Shown here in pieces: positions 46,522 to 61,390 of a stretch of 64,000 nt of DNA (its first letter is position 1; each line of letters opens with the position of its first letter). The stretch is from Macrostomum lignano (taxonomy: Eukaryota). The position numbers and the translations under genes are program-made. The stretch lies in the NCBI GenBank assembly GCA_002269645.1, contig NIVC01000292.1, forward strand, positions 372,001-436,000. Reading direction: 5' to 3'. Under the pieces are notes generated by a model that saw only the letters and a list, made by a program, of their open reading frames with translations, was not told the DNA's origin and made no database searches.

Positions 46522-47116
46522 CTCCATATAGGAAAAAGTTGTAAAACCGCGGACGGTGTCCGGCGCACTTTTGAAATTTTTCTAAAGCGCAGCGCGCGCA
46601 TAGGCGCAGCGCCTGCGCGCGCTGCCCTTTCTTACTGGCTGCTGCTCTAGCAAATACATATACATGGAAATGGGTATAATACCTCTGTTGAAGGGGCTTA
46701 TACACTCGTAATTTATTAAGCTTAGAGATGTTCCGAAAATTCAATTTCAATTTTCCAAAATTTGAAATTTTTTAGAGCAAATTTCAATTTCGAAATAAAA
46801 TTTAGAAGTGAAAATTTTGGTAGTGTCTAAAAAGTCGCTAAAAATCAACTACTTTCTACTACATATACATGTATTACTTTTTGCTTAAGCAGTAAATTGA
46901 AAGTAAAAAAGTGAGTGTTGATCATACTAAACTTTGTTTTTCTGAATTATGATTTCAGGAAATTTTAATTTTGATTTTGGAAAGTTAGCGAATTTTGATT
47001 TCGACGAAACTGCAGATCTTTCGGAACATCTCTAATAATCCTAAAGCGCGGTAAAATAGTTTGACTCTTTTCTAAAGCGCGCATCCGCGGGTTTTTAACA
47101 TTTATTCCAATAGGGG
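46522..47116. mobile_element. Older MITE of the CCCTATTGGAATAA family (host of the nested element below)
   Basis: The right end, reverse-complemented (CCCCTATTGGAATAAATGTTAAAAACCCGCGGATG), matches the end of the 12882 element; the left end (CTCCATATAGGAAAAAGTTGTAAAACCGCGGACG) is a degenerate inverse. Confidence 0.5.
46723..47034. mobile_element. hAT-like MITE, 312 bp
   Basis: Perfect 16-bp TIR TAGAGATGTTCCGAAA...TTTCGGAACATCTCTA; 8-bp flanks ATTAAGCT and ATAATCCT match 5/8 (decayed TSD); subterminal AATTTCAATTTC-type repeats. Confidence 0.65.
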
Positions 47117-47246
47117 AATTTCTTGATAGGAATATTGTTTTTCTGTTGCCAAATAGAGTGAAATAAGAATGTGTAGTAGAAAGTTACTAAGAAACCTGAT
47201 ATTTAAATGCATTTTGCAGTCACAGCTATCCAACCAGAGAGCTGCC

Positions 47247-47849
47247 ATGCCCAATATTAAGCTGCAGTCTAGTGACAATGAGATATTCGAAGTTGAACTG
47301 GAAATTGCCAAGCAGTCCAACACCATCAAGACCATGCTTGAGGACCTGTCAGTCTCTGATGACTCCGATGACCCAGTGCCGCTGCCCAATGTGAATGCAG
47401 CTATTCTCAAGAAGGTCATCGCCTGGTGCACTCACCACAAAGACGACCCGCCACCTGTGGAGGAGGATGAGTACAAAGAGCGCCGGACTGACGATATCCC
47501 CACCTGGGATCTGGAGTTTATGAAGGTTTGTCATCCTTTTATGGGCTGATCTGTGTATTTGAATGCAGCTGCTGTCCTTCAGTCCTTTGATGGGGCAAAC
47601 CCTAACATACTTCTAATCCCAACTTTTCCCGGCCAACAGGTGGACCAGGGCACCCTGTTCGAGATCATCTTGGCCTCCAACTACCTGGACATCAAGGGCC
47701 TGCTAGACGTGGCCTGCAAGACGGTGGCCAACATGATCAAAGGCAAGAGTCCCGAGGAAATTCGCAAGACCTTCAACATCAAATGCGACTTCACTGCCGA
47801 GGAGCTGGAGCAGGTGCGCAAGGAGAACGAGTGGTGCGAGGAGAAGTGA
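47247..47849 (+). CDS. SKP1: S-phase kinase-associated protein 1, 162 aa
   Basis: Exons 47247-47525 and 47640-47849; [16 protein letters not shown]...[26 protein letters not shown]...[36 protein letters not shown] is near-identical to SKP1. Confidence 0.97.
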
Positions 47850-48329
47850 AGTCAGCAGTCTGTTAGGGGCATGACTGTGTTAACCCTCTTTAATGAGTCG
47901 AGTATTGCAGACCTGCTCTAGTTTTATTCTCAACTTTCCCAATGAGTGCATTTCTTATCCAGCCAGCGCGAACTCGTGCTGTTCGAATACCGAATACCTG
48001 TAGTAGTCTTTTTGTATCGCCTCAGCTGTTCTCGAAAATAAATAAAAGCATATTTCAACTTTCGGTTGTTTCTATATGAATTTGCAAGTTTCGCACAGGT
48101 GCTAACTTCAAGTGCATTTTGTCAATTGTTAGGGAGTAGCATTGTTGTTGGGAATACATCTCAATCGGCAGGCTCTCGCAACGTCTTTAACGACTTTGTG
48201 CAGCCATGAGAGTCTTTGGGAACATTAAATTGTACAGGCTAAGTCCTACGTGTACTTTTATTTGATAGTCTGCTTTTGGTGGTTTGGGTGATGGCCGAGT
48301 GGCTCAATGGTCGCGAGTTGCGCCTCAGC

Positions 48330-49153
48330 TCAGCTGTCTCCCCCTGGCCGGCCGCTGCCGCTGCCGCTGCTGCTGCTGCCCCGCCGCTTGGACGGCACCA
48401 CGGTGACCGCCAGTCGGCTGTTGTGGATGACGTAATCGGACACCGAGCCCAGGAATGCCCGGCGGACGTCGCCAAGTCCGCGTGTGCCCATGACGATCAT
48501 GTGGCAGTTGGTGCGCCACGCGATGTCTACCAGAGCATCGCCCGGCCTCTTGCTGGGCTCCACGATGTAGTCCATCTTGGCGGGAGGCGGGTGTTACGGT
48601 TGCTGCTCTGGCTTATGAATAGCGGAGACTAAAACTAGACTCGGGATGCCACGGACTCGAGAAAATCAAATCTTGTTACTACCTGAGTGACTAGTCTACC
48701 GAGTGGTCTGCTGCTCTCGCTCTACTGAGTGATCTGCAAACTGTTCTCACTCTACTGAGTGATCTGCAAACTGTTCTCACTCTACTGAGTGATCTGCAAA
48801 CTGTTCTCACTCTACTGAGTGATCTGCAAACTGTTCTCACTCTACTGAGTGAGCTGCAGACTGTTTGCAACCCTTACCTTCATCTTCTTCTGCGCAGCCC
48901 TGTAGTGCACCTCCTCCTCCAAGGCAGCGGCCTTCTTGCTGCTCTCCATAATGATGTTGCGCCAGTCTTCCGTGGGCACATTGAAGCCGCTCTTGAGCGA
49001 GAAGGAAGGCAGAGAGGGCGGCTCCACGATGTGCGCGATGACCAGCTGGTCGCCATCCCTGCGGATGTTCTCCATGTAGAACTTGTAGGCCTCCTCGGCG
49101 TGGCTGGACCCGTCCAGTGGGATCATGATTTTACGTCCGCCTGTCGCTGCCAT
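48330..49153 (-). CDS. Universal stress protein A-like protein, about 173 aa
   Basis: Exons 49153-48878 and 48575-48330; N-terminal RKIMIPLDGS, LVIAHIVE, and the intact ATP-binding signature G-2x-G-9x-GS (MGTRGLGDVRRAFLGSVSDYVIHN). Confidence 0.9.
48721..48860. repeat. 30-bp minisatellite, about 4.5 copies (USP intron)
   Basis: Unit TCTACTGAGTGATCTGCAAACTGTTCTCAC. Confidence 0.92.
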
Positions 49154-52100
49154 GGCTGCTATGTGCTGTGAAGGACATGATGCGATTGGGAAATAATATG
49201 GGAGCTTTATCTGGGAATAGAAATTCATTCTTTATCCTTATCCCATGTTGTGAGGCAGAGCAGCTTCTTCGCCGTCTGCCTCTTGCGCCACACACCCTGG
49301 TTTGATAAGTTTCAAGCGCATCACTAAATGAGTTGTAGAATAGTAATAGTCGCAAAAAAGTCGCTGTAGTAGCGCTTAACATTCTACTAACTTAAGTAGA
49401 CTGAATAGAGTTGTTTTTATAATACTAATCGTAATGCGATTCTAATTGATAAGTGACAGGTGACGCAGATGCGCGCTTTAGACGCAACTCAGCAACTTGA
49501 GGCTGATACGACTGTACGGCCCAGAGTCATTAGAAGCGACCCCAGAGTCAGAGATAATAAAAACACACCTTGGCTCTTAGACGACTACCGTGACATCTCA
49601 TCGTTTGAGAGTCGTCTAGAGCCACTCCTTTCCTATTTTACCTGCGTTGCCACAAGTATAAACGATTCTGGAACGTTTCTTGGCCTGGGTACCGTTTTCA
49701 TCGGGTAAATGCCAAGTGTCTTTACTATAATTGTGCTCATTGGGCCGCCTCTAGCCAAGACAGTTACTATTTTTATACAGAATTATGAAGCTCATTTCTG
49801 CCAAAGTATTTCATTCACGTGACGCTGCACGGACGCCTGCCTGCCTCCCTATATATCGGGTCAGAAAGAAGCGGTTAGAAAATGATGCGGCTTCGTGCTC
49901 AAAAGTGTTCTCCGCTTCCAGGGGGTCTCTTACAGTGAACATTCTTGGGGGTGTGTGTGGAAGCACAACTGCAAGCAACGTACAGATACAAAAGCAGCGC
50001 CACCCTCCCGATCCTCTCCAGTGTCTGCCCCACCTTCACCCACCCCCTCAGAACTGGCTGGATGAGTTGGATGGTTTCCAAGGCCTGGCCCAGTGCTCGA
50101 AATTCTGCTATTTTCTACAAAGTATTCGGTTTCCATGCGTGTCTGTTTGGTGAGCGAGAGTTCCGGAATGCGAATGGGCTGATGAAAGCATGATGGATTC
50201 GTGTTGGTGGATGAAGTGGATGGTCGTCTAAGGCTTGACTCAATTGGACCAAAAGTCAATGACTTTGAGACAGATTCAAACCAAATTTTACCTTAAAATT
50301 ATTGAAAGTATATTTGAAATGTATTAGAAATTTACTCACCTAATGGATCAGATTAAGTTGATTTTAAATACGCGTTATAATTAGGCGCTCAGCTTTCTTG
50401 TCTAATTTCGCTAATTTAGCTGTGCAAAGTGGCTAGACGGGCCGACGGCAGTCTCTGAATGCCAAACAAAGCATGCAGGTGCAAAACTGCAAATTCTGCC
50501 TATTTATGCTGCATGGAAGCCGGTCTCGAGGGGGAGGGGCAGAAGGAGAGAGAGAGAGAGAGAGAGAGAGAATAAGAGAGAGAGAGAAGTGAAGAGTAAA
50601 GAAAACAGCGAGCAGTCACGGCCGTCATGTGCAGTCTCAAAGCTGCAGGATCGATCAGGCTGTGCAAATTATACGAGCAGTGAGACTGGCTGTCTCTGTA
50701 CCTGCAGGCAGGGTGGGGGCTACAATTTGGACGGGCATAAGAATAGATCTAATGAATGGTGCATCTCTGGCTTTGGGTGTGGGCAGCAATACCGGAGCTC
50801 CAGTGCAGATAGCTAGCACTAGCAGCATATGCACTCGCCAGAGCATCCATTCGGGTTGCGGTAGTCGGGTTGCTTTCTCGGGCGCCTTGCATGTTCATTG
50901 GAAAAAACGAAATGTCTTTCAATTATCGTCCATAGTCCACGCCTTGGATCGAAAAATTACCAAAAATTTCAGCAAAATGTCTCACTAAAACTTAACTGAA
51001 TATAAAAATTACATCTTATGATTTTTTTCTAAATCAGTCATTTTTGCCATTGATCAATCAATGGGGATACATCATAATCATAATAGTGCTGATAAAAAGA
51101 GGTTAGTTTCCTTTTTCAGGCCCGTGGCTTTAATATAACAATTTTCTGCGTCTTGATTTTAAAAAGTGAGGGCTATTTGTCTCTTTCCTAAAATTCAGGC
51201 TTTAGGCAACGCGACTGTTAATCTTTAAAATTAGGCATGATTATTGTTCTATATCTGGTTTCTGGAGTAATTATTGTTTTTTCATTTGTTTAAATGTGTT
51301 AAAAATCAGCTGTTTAACAACAAAAACCAGTTTTCCTTTTTTTATTATACCGGATTCGTCGTCGAAATTATAGAGATTTCTTTACCAGTCGTTACGGTCA
51401 TGCAAATTAATTCTGACAAGGGTTTTTGTTTAGATTTTCACACTCGCTCTTTAACCGCAAACTTTTTGCTTGAGCAAATAGATAGACATCGCCGGCTTAT
51501 GAAGTTATTTTGCACAAATTAACACTAGGCCTAGCCTATTATATAAATAGGATCTAGTTGGTAACTAACTTACTAACTAGACTTATAAACTTGTTAGTTA
51601 TTAACAAGTTTATAGATAGTTTATATGGCCATGTGGGAAATTAAAGAAGATTCATTTTTCTAAGTTGTTTGCAAGCCAAAGTGGGTCCTTCCTTTAGTTA
51701 GTCATTTTAGACATGACTCATAGGCCTGAATGTCTATTAGTATTAGACACTCAGTCATAGACATTAGACAACTGTCAAGTATGTGATAAGGGCACATGAC
51801 CAAGATGCCCACAGCTCCAAGTGTCTAAATAGATAATATTAAGCCTAGGTCTATTCATTTCACTCATTTCCTATAGGTAATAATTAGGGAAATCACAATA
51901 TACTAAATCTCTAAGATCTGTTTGTCTGTCTGACCGGTATTCCAGTCTACAGCCTGAATGCCTAAACCAATTTTTTTCAAACTTGCTTTATTCAATTGCA
52001 AATTCTTGTGAGATTGTGTGGGTGTAATTGCATTGAAAAATTCGAATGAGAAGTTGGTTAGGCGGGGTTAGGCCTAAATATTTGAAAAACGAGTTTTTTT

Positions 52101-53599
52101 AATGCTTTCAATGGGAGGCTAGAAAAGGTCAAAATCTCACTAACTGAATTTCAATTCCAATTAAGATTGCGCCACAACTTTTCTCTGTTCACTGTGTACG
52201 CCTCAATACTGGCTGCAATAAGGGAGAGGAAAATAATGCTCAGTGGCTGCGTGTATACATTCTGACCCTGGCTGACTGGCGGACTGCATAGCCTATTGCT
52301 ATTTATAGATTTCACTCAACTGTGCATTGGCTCTGCCTGTATACAACCTGTGCACACTGAGCAGCCTATCACTGCTATGTATTTGACTGCAGTGCCAAAG
52401 CATATATCGCTGATTTTTGTGCCCTCCGATCAGTAGGCGGAATAGCCGCAGTGTAGGCACTAGGACTAGGTTTAGGCTAGGTATAAGGTCCAAGGTTCAA
52501 GTCTGCCTCCCCAGCGGATAATTAAAATTAAATAAATTCATTCATTAGTAGCTTCTGCCTCAACTGTTTTGAACATTTTTTGATTAATTGTAATTAAAAA
52601 TTTTTTATTAATTACAATAATTTATTTTTGCTACTCGCACAAGCCTTTAAGCAAATTTGATTTGATTTGTAAAATCCTAAGATCCCATTAAAAGGGATAG
52701 CTAATTTCAGGTTTTTGTCGGGATAACTGCCGATTTCTGGGGGAGGCTGAGAAACGCTAACTTCGAACTGCTGAAGTTACTAAACTTGTTGAATTTGTAT
52801 AAGGTAAAGTATAAGGATTTTTGACCATCTGTCAATAGGCACAATAGCCAGGCTTAGCCTAGCTATGCCTGTTACTATAGAAGGCAATAACAGGCATAGG
52901 CTAAGCAGAAAGTTGCCAGTTCGAGTCTGCGTTGAAGCAGCGAATTTATCTTTGTGACCTGTGAGAATAATCATTGTCATGCAGGTATTGCTTTAATATT
53001 AAAAAAATTTAAAATTAAAAAATTAAAAAATAAAAAATAATATTAAAAATTTATTGTAAATTTAAGGATACTTTTGCTGAGGCTGCATTAAGCTTCTAGA
53101 GCAGTGCTAATCAGTGAGCCGTACAATGCAGTCATAGGCTGCTAAATTGCAGACGATGCTGCTAAACTCCTGAAGGTATTGCTAAATACTGAGTTGCACA
53201 AGACTGCCAATATGTATCAAAAATTGATTAGTGAGCCGTAGTAAATGCTGAGCAAATTTTTAAATCATTGAAAAGATCATTACAGTTTGCTGAGAATAAA
53301 GTACTGAGGGGCCAGCTGAGAGAACTGCAGACTGCTGAGGGGATAGATGAGAATTATTAAGGAAACACTTGCTGACTGCAAATGAATTGACTGCAGACTG
53401 CAAAGGGGACAAACTGCAAACTGCTGACATTAGTTAGTTTCTCGAGACTTATGAGCATATAAGCTGCAAACTGCCTAGGGGATAGCTGCAGACTGCTAGG
53501 ATAATAATGGCAGACTTCTGAGGAGGATATCTAACTGTGAATAATTGTAGCTTGCTGAGGGGACAATTCTGGGAGGTGGAAATAATCTGGGAAGCGGTG

Positions 53600-54015
53600 G
53601 TAATCTGTGGAGCAATGCTAATCTGGGCTGAGTGCTAATCTGGGCTGAGGGCTAATCTGTGCTGAGTGCTAATCTGGACTGAGTGCTAATCTGGACTGAG
53701 TGCTAATCTGGGCTGAGTGCTAATCTATCTGGGCTGAGTGCTAATCTGGGCTGAGTGCTAATCTGGGTGCAGTGCTAATCTGGGGGAAGTGGGGCTAATC
53801 TGGGAGTGCGGCTAATATGGGGGTGTGCAGCTAATATAGAGGTGTGCGGCTAATATGGGCATGTGCAGCTAATATGGGGGTGTGCTGCTAATATGGAGGT
53901 GAGTGGCTAATATGGGGCTGTGCGGCTAATATGGGGGGAGTAGTGCTAATCTGGGGGAAGTGGGGCTAATCTGGGGGTATAAGGCTAATGTGGGAGAATA
54001 GTGCTAATCTGGTGA
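53600..54015. repeat. Degenerate 17-20-bp minisatellite
   Basis: Core GCTAATCTGGGCTGAGT, drifting to GCTAATATGGGGG.. Confidence 0.85.
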
Positions 54016-54770
54016 GAATTTGAAAATAAGGAATAATCATTAAAAGAACTATAAATGAATTGACATTGCAAAGTTTTAAACATATGGAAATGTAACTTTT
54101 TAGAACTTTTTAGTCTCAGTAAAATTGGTATACAACTGCTTAGAGATTTGCTACTGCAGAACTGCTCGGAGATTAGTGAGATTTACTCAGCAACTGTGCA
54201 AAACTGCTTATAGACAAGCACTCAATTGCTAAGAAGCCACCTGGAGGGGGGCTAAATGGCTAGTATATATGCTACATTTGAATTATTATAATTCAAACCT
54301 TTTCAGCTTTTGGCCTTAGCTTTTATTATAGCCTGACCTATAGATATTCATTCATATAAAGCAAATACAGTAACCTAGTACAAAATAAATACCTTTAATT
54401 ATATATTTATCCCACTTTTTGCATAGCATTACAAGTACTAGTAGCAATGGTTTCCTGATAAACTGATAGTGATAGATAGTATTCCACCATAAGGAAGGTC
54501 CATGTACCATAGCTATAGCCATAAGAAAAACTATGGGTTATTCCAATATTCTATAGCCATAGGGACCCCAGTATTACCATATTCCCATAGTTCCCATGGG
54601 TCCTATCCATTTCGGCAACAAACCATTTTGTGACATCCATTTTGGCAATATATCAATTTAGTGACAACCATTTCAGCGACAATTCTTAAATAGAATTTTG
54701 AAAGTATTCTTATCTCAGCAACAAAAAATTTTAGAACTTACACAAATTTACAACCTTTGTTTAAATGTTG

Positions 54771-55800
54771 TTAAAACATTGTTAAAACTGCTGGCCTCAT
54801 TTCCTGAATGTTGGCACCCTGGCTGACCAATGCTGCATCAATCTCGACCAAGAGGGCCTCTTCATGCAGCAGCTTTAGAAGCTGGTAGAACTGCATGTTG
54901 GCCCTCATTGCATGGCGCTGCAGCTTATTGGGCCATCCCTGGGTGTCGTTGTTTGTTCTAATTGATAACTGGAAGACTGAGAGTTCATGCACTTGCCAGT
55001 TAGAGTTGCAGATCCATGTGCCCTGGACATAGTCACAGAGCTTGTTGAGCTCATTGTCTGTGACTGTGCTTCTAAGTGTGTAAAATGCATTTGCGATTTG
55101 GTTACCTGGCAGAAAAGGCAATGCCATGAGCTGTTGGCAGAAAACCTGTATACCGACATCATTCGAGTAAGCTTGTGAAAATCCAATGGTAACGATCCGG
55201 TGGTAAATTGCCTGTGAGTAGTGGAAGGCACAACCGCGACGCACTGCAATCGGAAATTCGGTGCGTACTGCTTGCCACACTGCAGCCTCGAAGTCCATCA
55301 TGCTTTCAGATGGCCGGCCATGGAGCACATCACATGCGGCAGAGAAGACCAAGCGGTAGTCCTGGTAGCCTCTGCTGGACATCAAGACCATGAGCACTGG
55401 TACCTACTTCAGGTGACCTTCAGGACCAGTAACAAATGATGACCATGCAGGACCATGCAAGTTCGATGCTGCCATCTGTGACATCCATCAAACTCCAGCC
55501 CTTGCTGCCTTTTTCAAACTCTGACATTGCACACAACACAACTAGACATGATTGGCTGACTGAGAAGTCAGCATATGACACCAACTGATTGCTTTTATAG
55601 CACCTCTTTCTCCCCATTCTTTCCCCATTTTGTAAGCTACAACGTGCTTCGTGTTCTTGTGATCTCCAATGAGCAATACATGTAAGCAACCAACTACGCA
55701 CGCTGCAAGGCTTGCTTTGAATTGTGCATGATGAACTTTGAGAGTAGCACAATGGTAGCGCACTCTCGTATTTGCGCCATTATTCCACTCTGCCACATAT
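54771..55800 (-). pseudogene. Decayed MULE (Mutator-like) transposase
   Basis: ORF 55397-54771 has DFEAAVWQAVRTEFP..RGCAFHYSQAIYHRI, LMALPFLP and RTNNDTQGW. Upstream homology is broken by a TAG (HLK*VPVLMVLMS) and frameshifts, and the expected catalytic Glu reads Gln. Confidence 0.78.
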
Positions 55801-58800
55801 GATCGTACTATACCAATCAGATGGGATTTGATTAGACAAGAGAGATGGGGTGGATGAACTGATATTCACTTGGGCAGAGCATGATGTACATGTGCATAAC
55901 ATTTGTGTACGTGTGCAGACAGAGGGATAGTGAAAATATCAATCAGATAATATAATAAGGCATCTGAAACTTAAGCATTCAATTCCTAAGAGTTTCCTTT
56001 TTTTCTATGAATACAATTGATTGAACAAAATAAGTAACATGACAATAGCTTATTATATTGCTAATTTATAGTAAAAAGAAAGCAGAGAGTTTCAATATTG
56101 TGGCCATCTTAGTGTGTGGCCATCTTAGTGTGTGGCCATCTTGGTCTTACACTGTGATAAAGCTTACTTATATTGTATCCATATCTACTCTATCCCTCTA
56201 AGCTATATTAGGCATTATATTATAAGTTATATTGATTTACACAATAAATAAGCATTATAAAGACCAACATTAGAAGTTTATATATATTATTATATTTGAC
56301 TATTATTAATCATCCATATTTATAAATAATATTTAATATATCATAACTAATAAAAAAATATCTAGCATAAGCTATTATTAACATTTTTATGAGTTATGTT
56401 ATATACATTGTTGGTAATATACTAATATTATTATGGTTGTCTATTATATTAGCAATAATTTCCAAAGTAATACACAAAAAGTTTGTGATCAATTGGTAAA
56501 GGCCTAGGCCTTTGCTTTATAATTTTTAATTTTATATATACCTATTATAATTTTTACCAAGGTAATATAGGCCTATATCTTAACATATGTTTTAATCAAT
56601 TAGTTATAAAAATCTATATATAATCAACTATACAAAATATATAAGTAAATTCAAAGTAAGGCTTTGACATATATTGGCATATATGAAAGTGATCAATTAG
56701 GCTTTTCACAAAGATTGGTTCTAGCCATAGTCAGGAAATGACCTTTTTCATGAAAAATTCCAGTACAAAAAAGGTTTTGACATATGCAGCGCTGGCACAT
56801 TCTAGCACAATAGCAGGCAAAGGAGAAAAATCTAACACAATATGGCACAAGACAAAAAATTGGCACAATTTGGTACAAGAGATAAGCTTATAACAAGACA
56901 ATATTTCTCTAATAGAAAATTAGCATGTAATTTCTTTTTATTAGCACTTTGTTTTCTAATGTATTGATGGATTTTTATATTAATTAATGTAAACATTGCA
57001 TTTTTATGAAACCGGTTCAAATACAAGTTTTACTGGTATTTTTCAAATAGAAAATTATTGATTTTTGCATTTTGTTTAAAAAGTTTTGCAGTATATGGTG
57101 CGAGCAAACTTTTTTGATAGGATTCGTTCTGGCACAGGTATGCCATGATTTTGACGCATTTTTGTATTTTTCTTTAATTATATTATTTCTCAAAAGATAA
57201 AAAAAATTTTATCTAAAATATGGCCTATACTTTTGAGTTTTGAGTATTCTTCTTGAAATATTTGAAATATGACAATAAATTGAGAAAATTTCTTAAACCA
57301 AATTCTAGAATCAGATAGCAGTTCTAGAACCAATTCTGCACATAGAACAGACAATATAAAAAGCTTTGAACCAATTCTAGTTCTAGAATCAGTAATGAGC
57401 CTAAGTGTAGATATCCTATAGATTGGTATATATCATATCATATGCTTGCTAATAAAAAATATAATTTTAAAAGAGCAACAATTCAAGTAATGTGATATTT
57501 ACTCATTTTGTTTATATTGATCTTATTTTTGTATAGCTTTTAGCATAGTATACATTTTTTTACAAAAAAGTTCTGGTATAGTTTTCTCAATACCACTTTT
57601 TTATTCTAGTATATATCTCATATCTTTGAGACTTTAGAACAAGCCTTTTAAAGAAAAAAATGATAGTATAGCTTAAAAGTTTTATGCATATAGGTTTGAT
57701 TTAGTAATCTATTTGTTGGCATTTAATATATATGATATATATAGCCATGTAGATATGTATATCTACATATGGTAGATATTATAAAACTTAATTTTTATTG
57801 TTCCATTATTATTTTGTAGCATAAAAGAATATATTGTTTCTAATAAAAATGTGTTATTTCTTAAGGCTAAGCAGTTTTGCTAAAAGTATGCAAAGAGTAC
57901 CAAAGATTATATTAGTAGTGAAACAATTTTTATAATATAGGGCCTACTAGTAGTATTTTACAAATGGGAAGGCATAAGTTACTAGATTAACTTCTATGCA
58001 TATATCATGTAAATTTACATGATAATATATATTTTCCATAGAAAAAATTTAAAAAATCAAACTCAATAAGGGGTTGGATACTTATGCAGCTCCCCCTTAA
58101 ATCTTTTACTAGTTTTTTATGTATATGCATTTTATCTCAAAAACATTAAAATATAGTAATAATAGAATAACTACTCAAAAATAAGGTCATTTTTATTAAA
58201 AGTTTAAAGCCTATTTCAAATTTGCATGTCTTAATTCTATATACTAAAATGGTTTATCCTAAATTGAAATAATCATATGTTTTAATAGTTTCTCTGTAAA
58301 GTTTGTTCATGACTCAGATAAATTGAATGTTCCTTAAATAAATAAAACAAAAGAAAACATACAAAAAAAGAATTTAAAGTTGATGTGGGCAATTAAAAAG
58401 AGAAAAGAGAATGAGTAAAAGTATTAAATAGTTAAAGCCAAAGAAAGAAAAGCTTTAAATTGCATGCACAACAAAGTAAATGTTGCAAACAGTGTATTTA
58501 AGTTCAGGTATACCAATTTTTATGAAAATATATTGCAATGGCTAGGTAAAATTTACAAAGTTGCATATTTATGAATATGTCAATACAAAAATGCTCTTAC
58601 AGCTTGTATGACCATGGACAGTCCTGAAAAGACACTCATATTGAATAGTCTTTGTTTTTCTGCAGCTATGAGTTTGCTTTATGGCAAAAAAACAGTCTTT
58701 ATTACACATGCTTGCACAACCTCCAGAATTACACCAGCTAGGCAACTTGGTTTTTTATATAACAAAAAAACAAAGTAAAAAATCTTCAATTTGTTATCAA

Positions 58801-59023
58801 ATTTTTAGTCAAAAATAGGTTTGTTGCATATAGATGCCATTATAGCAAAACACTGATAATTCTGTTATCTAAATTTCTGTTATTGTAATGTGTTACATGG
58901 AATTTGGCCTCAGATAGATCAAGCAAAGCAGATTTTAATTTGACCAACGATTGCCTAATTTCCTAATAAAAACAAGCCAGTTTTCAAAAACTGCATGCAA
59001 TTCACTTACTATACTACTACTAG

Positions 59024-60212
<1,189 letters not shown>

Positions 60213-60732
60213 GGCTGTTCGGGGCGTCAAAAAGCCATAGACTGCGGCTTGGCCTGGGGGGGGGGCGAATCGCCGATACACAGTATGCCTATCGTTTCAG
60301 ACCGAGCTGGAGACTATAACTATTCTATGCTTAGAGTACTATATTATAATTTATATAATAATTATTAATATTACTGCCCTGTTGCGCTTGTTTTTCAATC
60401 TCAAAGTGGTTTTCTTTGTTAAAAGCGTCAAATACGATCCGGCACATCCTTATAGTAGTCTGTTTATCCCCGCTTACCTGTAATCTGCGCGTAGTCTGGA
60501 TCAGTTAATGGCTTGTCTGTATTGGCACAGCTGTGGGTGAGATAGGTAATTAATTATTACTAATATAACTCAATGCGTCAGCGGGTTGACTGGTGAGTCG
60601 CAATAAATCTTGAAGGGCCTCCCTTACAAACTTAATATTATTTTCAGTAAAGGCTGTCTAAATTTTTTGTTCGCCTTTTAGTCTTCTTTATTTTCGGCTT
60701 CATGTTTATGCACTAATTTTTCTAGGGTTAAA

Positions 60733-61105
60733 ACTGTACTTTAAGAGAACTGGATGGACCTGTACTTTAAGGGAATTGGGTGGACCTGTACTTTAAAGGA
60801 GTTTGGTGGACCTGTACTTTAAGGGAATTGGGTGGACCTGAACTTAAATGGAGTTGGGTGGACCTTTACTTTAAGGGAATTGGGTGGACCTGTACTGTAA
60901 GGGAATTAGGTGGACCTGTACTTTAAGGGAATTGGATGGACCTGAACTTTAAGGGAATTAGGTGGACCTGTACTTTAAGGGAATTGGATGGACCTGTACT
61001 TTAAGGGAATTGGATGGACCTGAACTTAAATGGAGTTGGGTGGACCTGTACTTTAAGGGAATTGGGTCGACCTGCACTTTAAGGGAATTGGGTGGACCTG
61101 TACTT
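60733..61105. repeat. 26-bp minisatellite, about 13 copies
   Basis: Unit GGTGGACCTGTACTTTAAGGGAATTG. Confidence 0.93.
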
Positions 61106-61390
61106 TCGCAGTTTAGTAGGGTTAATTGGGACTTTGGCGGGTCTGCACTCTTTGGCAGTGATGAACCGTTGGTCATGCTAATACTGAGGCAGTGCAGCTG
61201 CCGATGCGTTCAGCAACAACTTCTCTGGACCGGCGGGGCCTCGTGACCTTCTTTGTCAGGGGGAGGCTGCGGGGTTGCCGTCGGTCTGGCTCTGAGCCAA
61301 AGGGTGTCTAGCAGAACCGAGATTATCCTAGCAGCCTACTGGCAGCATTAAAGCCCCCGAATCCCCCATCCTCAATTTCCCAAGTCCCAG

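Noticed and set aside
51895-52000. Second Helitron-like 5' end
   Set aside because: Only a vague resemblance; no 3' hairpin or CTAG end was located.
56000-58900. Very AT-rich 2.9-kb stretch
   Set aside because: No periodicity, TIR, ORF or RNA-gene signature was seen; treated as ordinary intergenic DNA.
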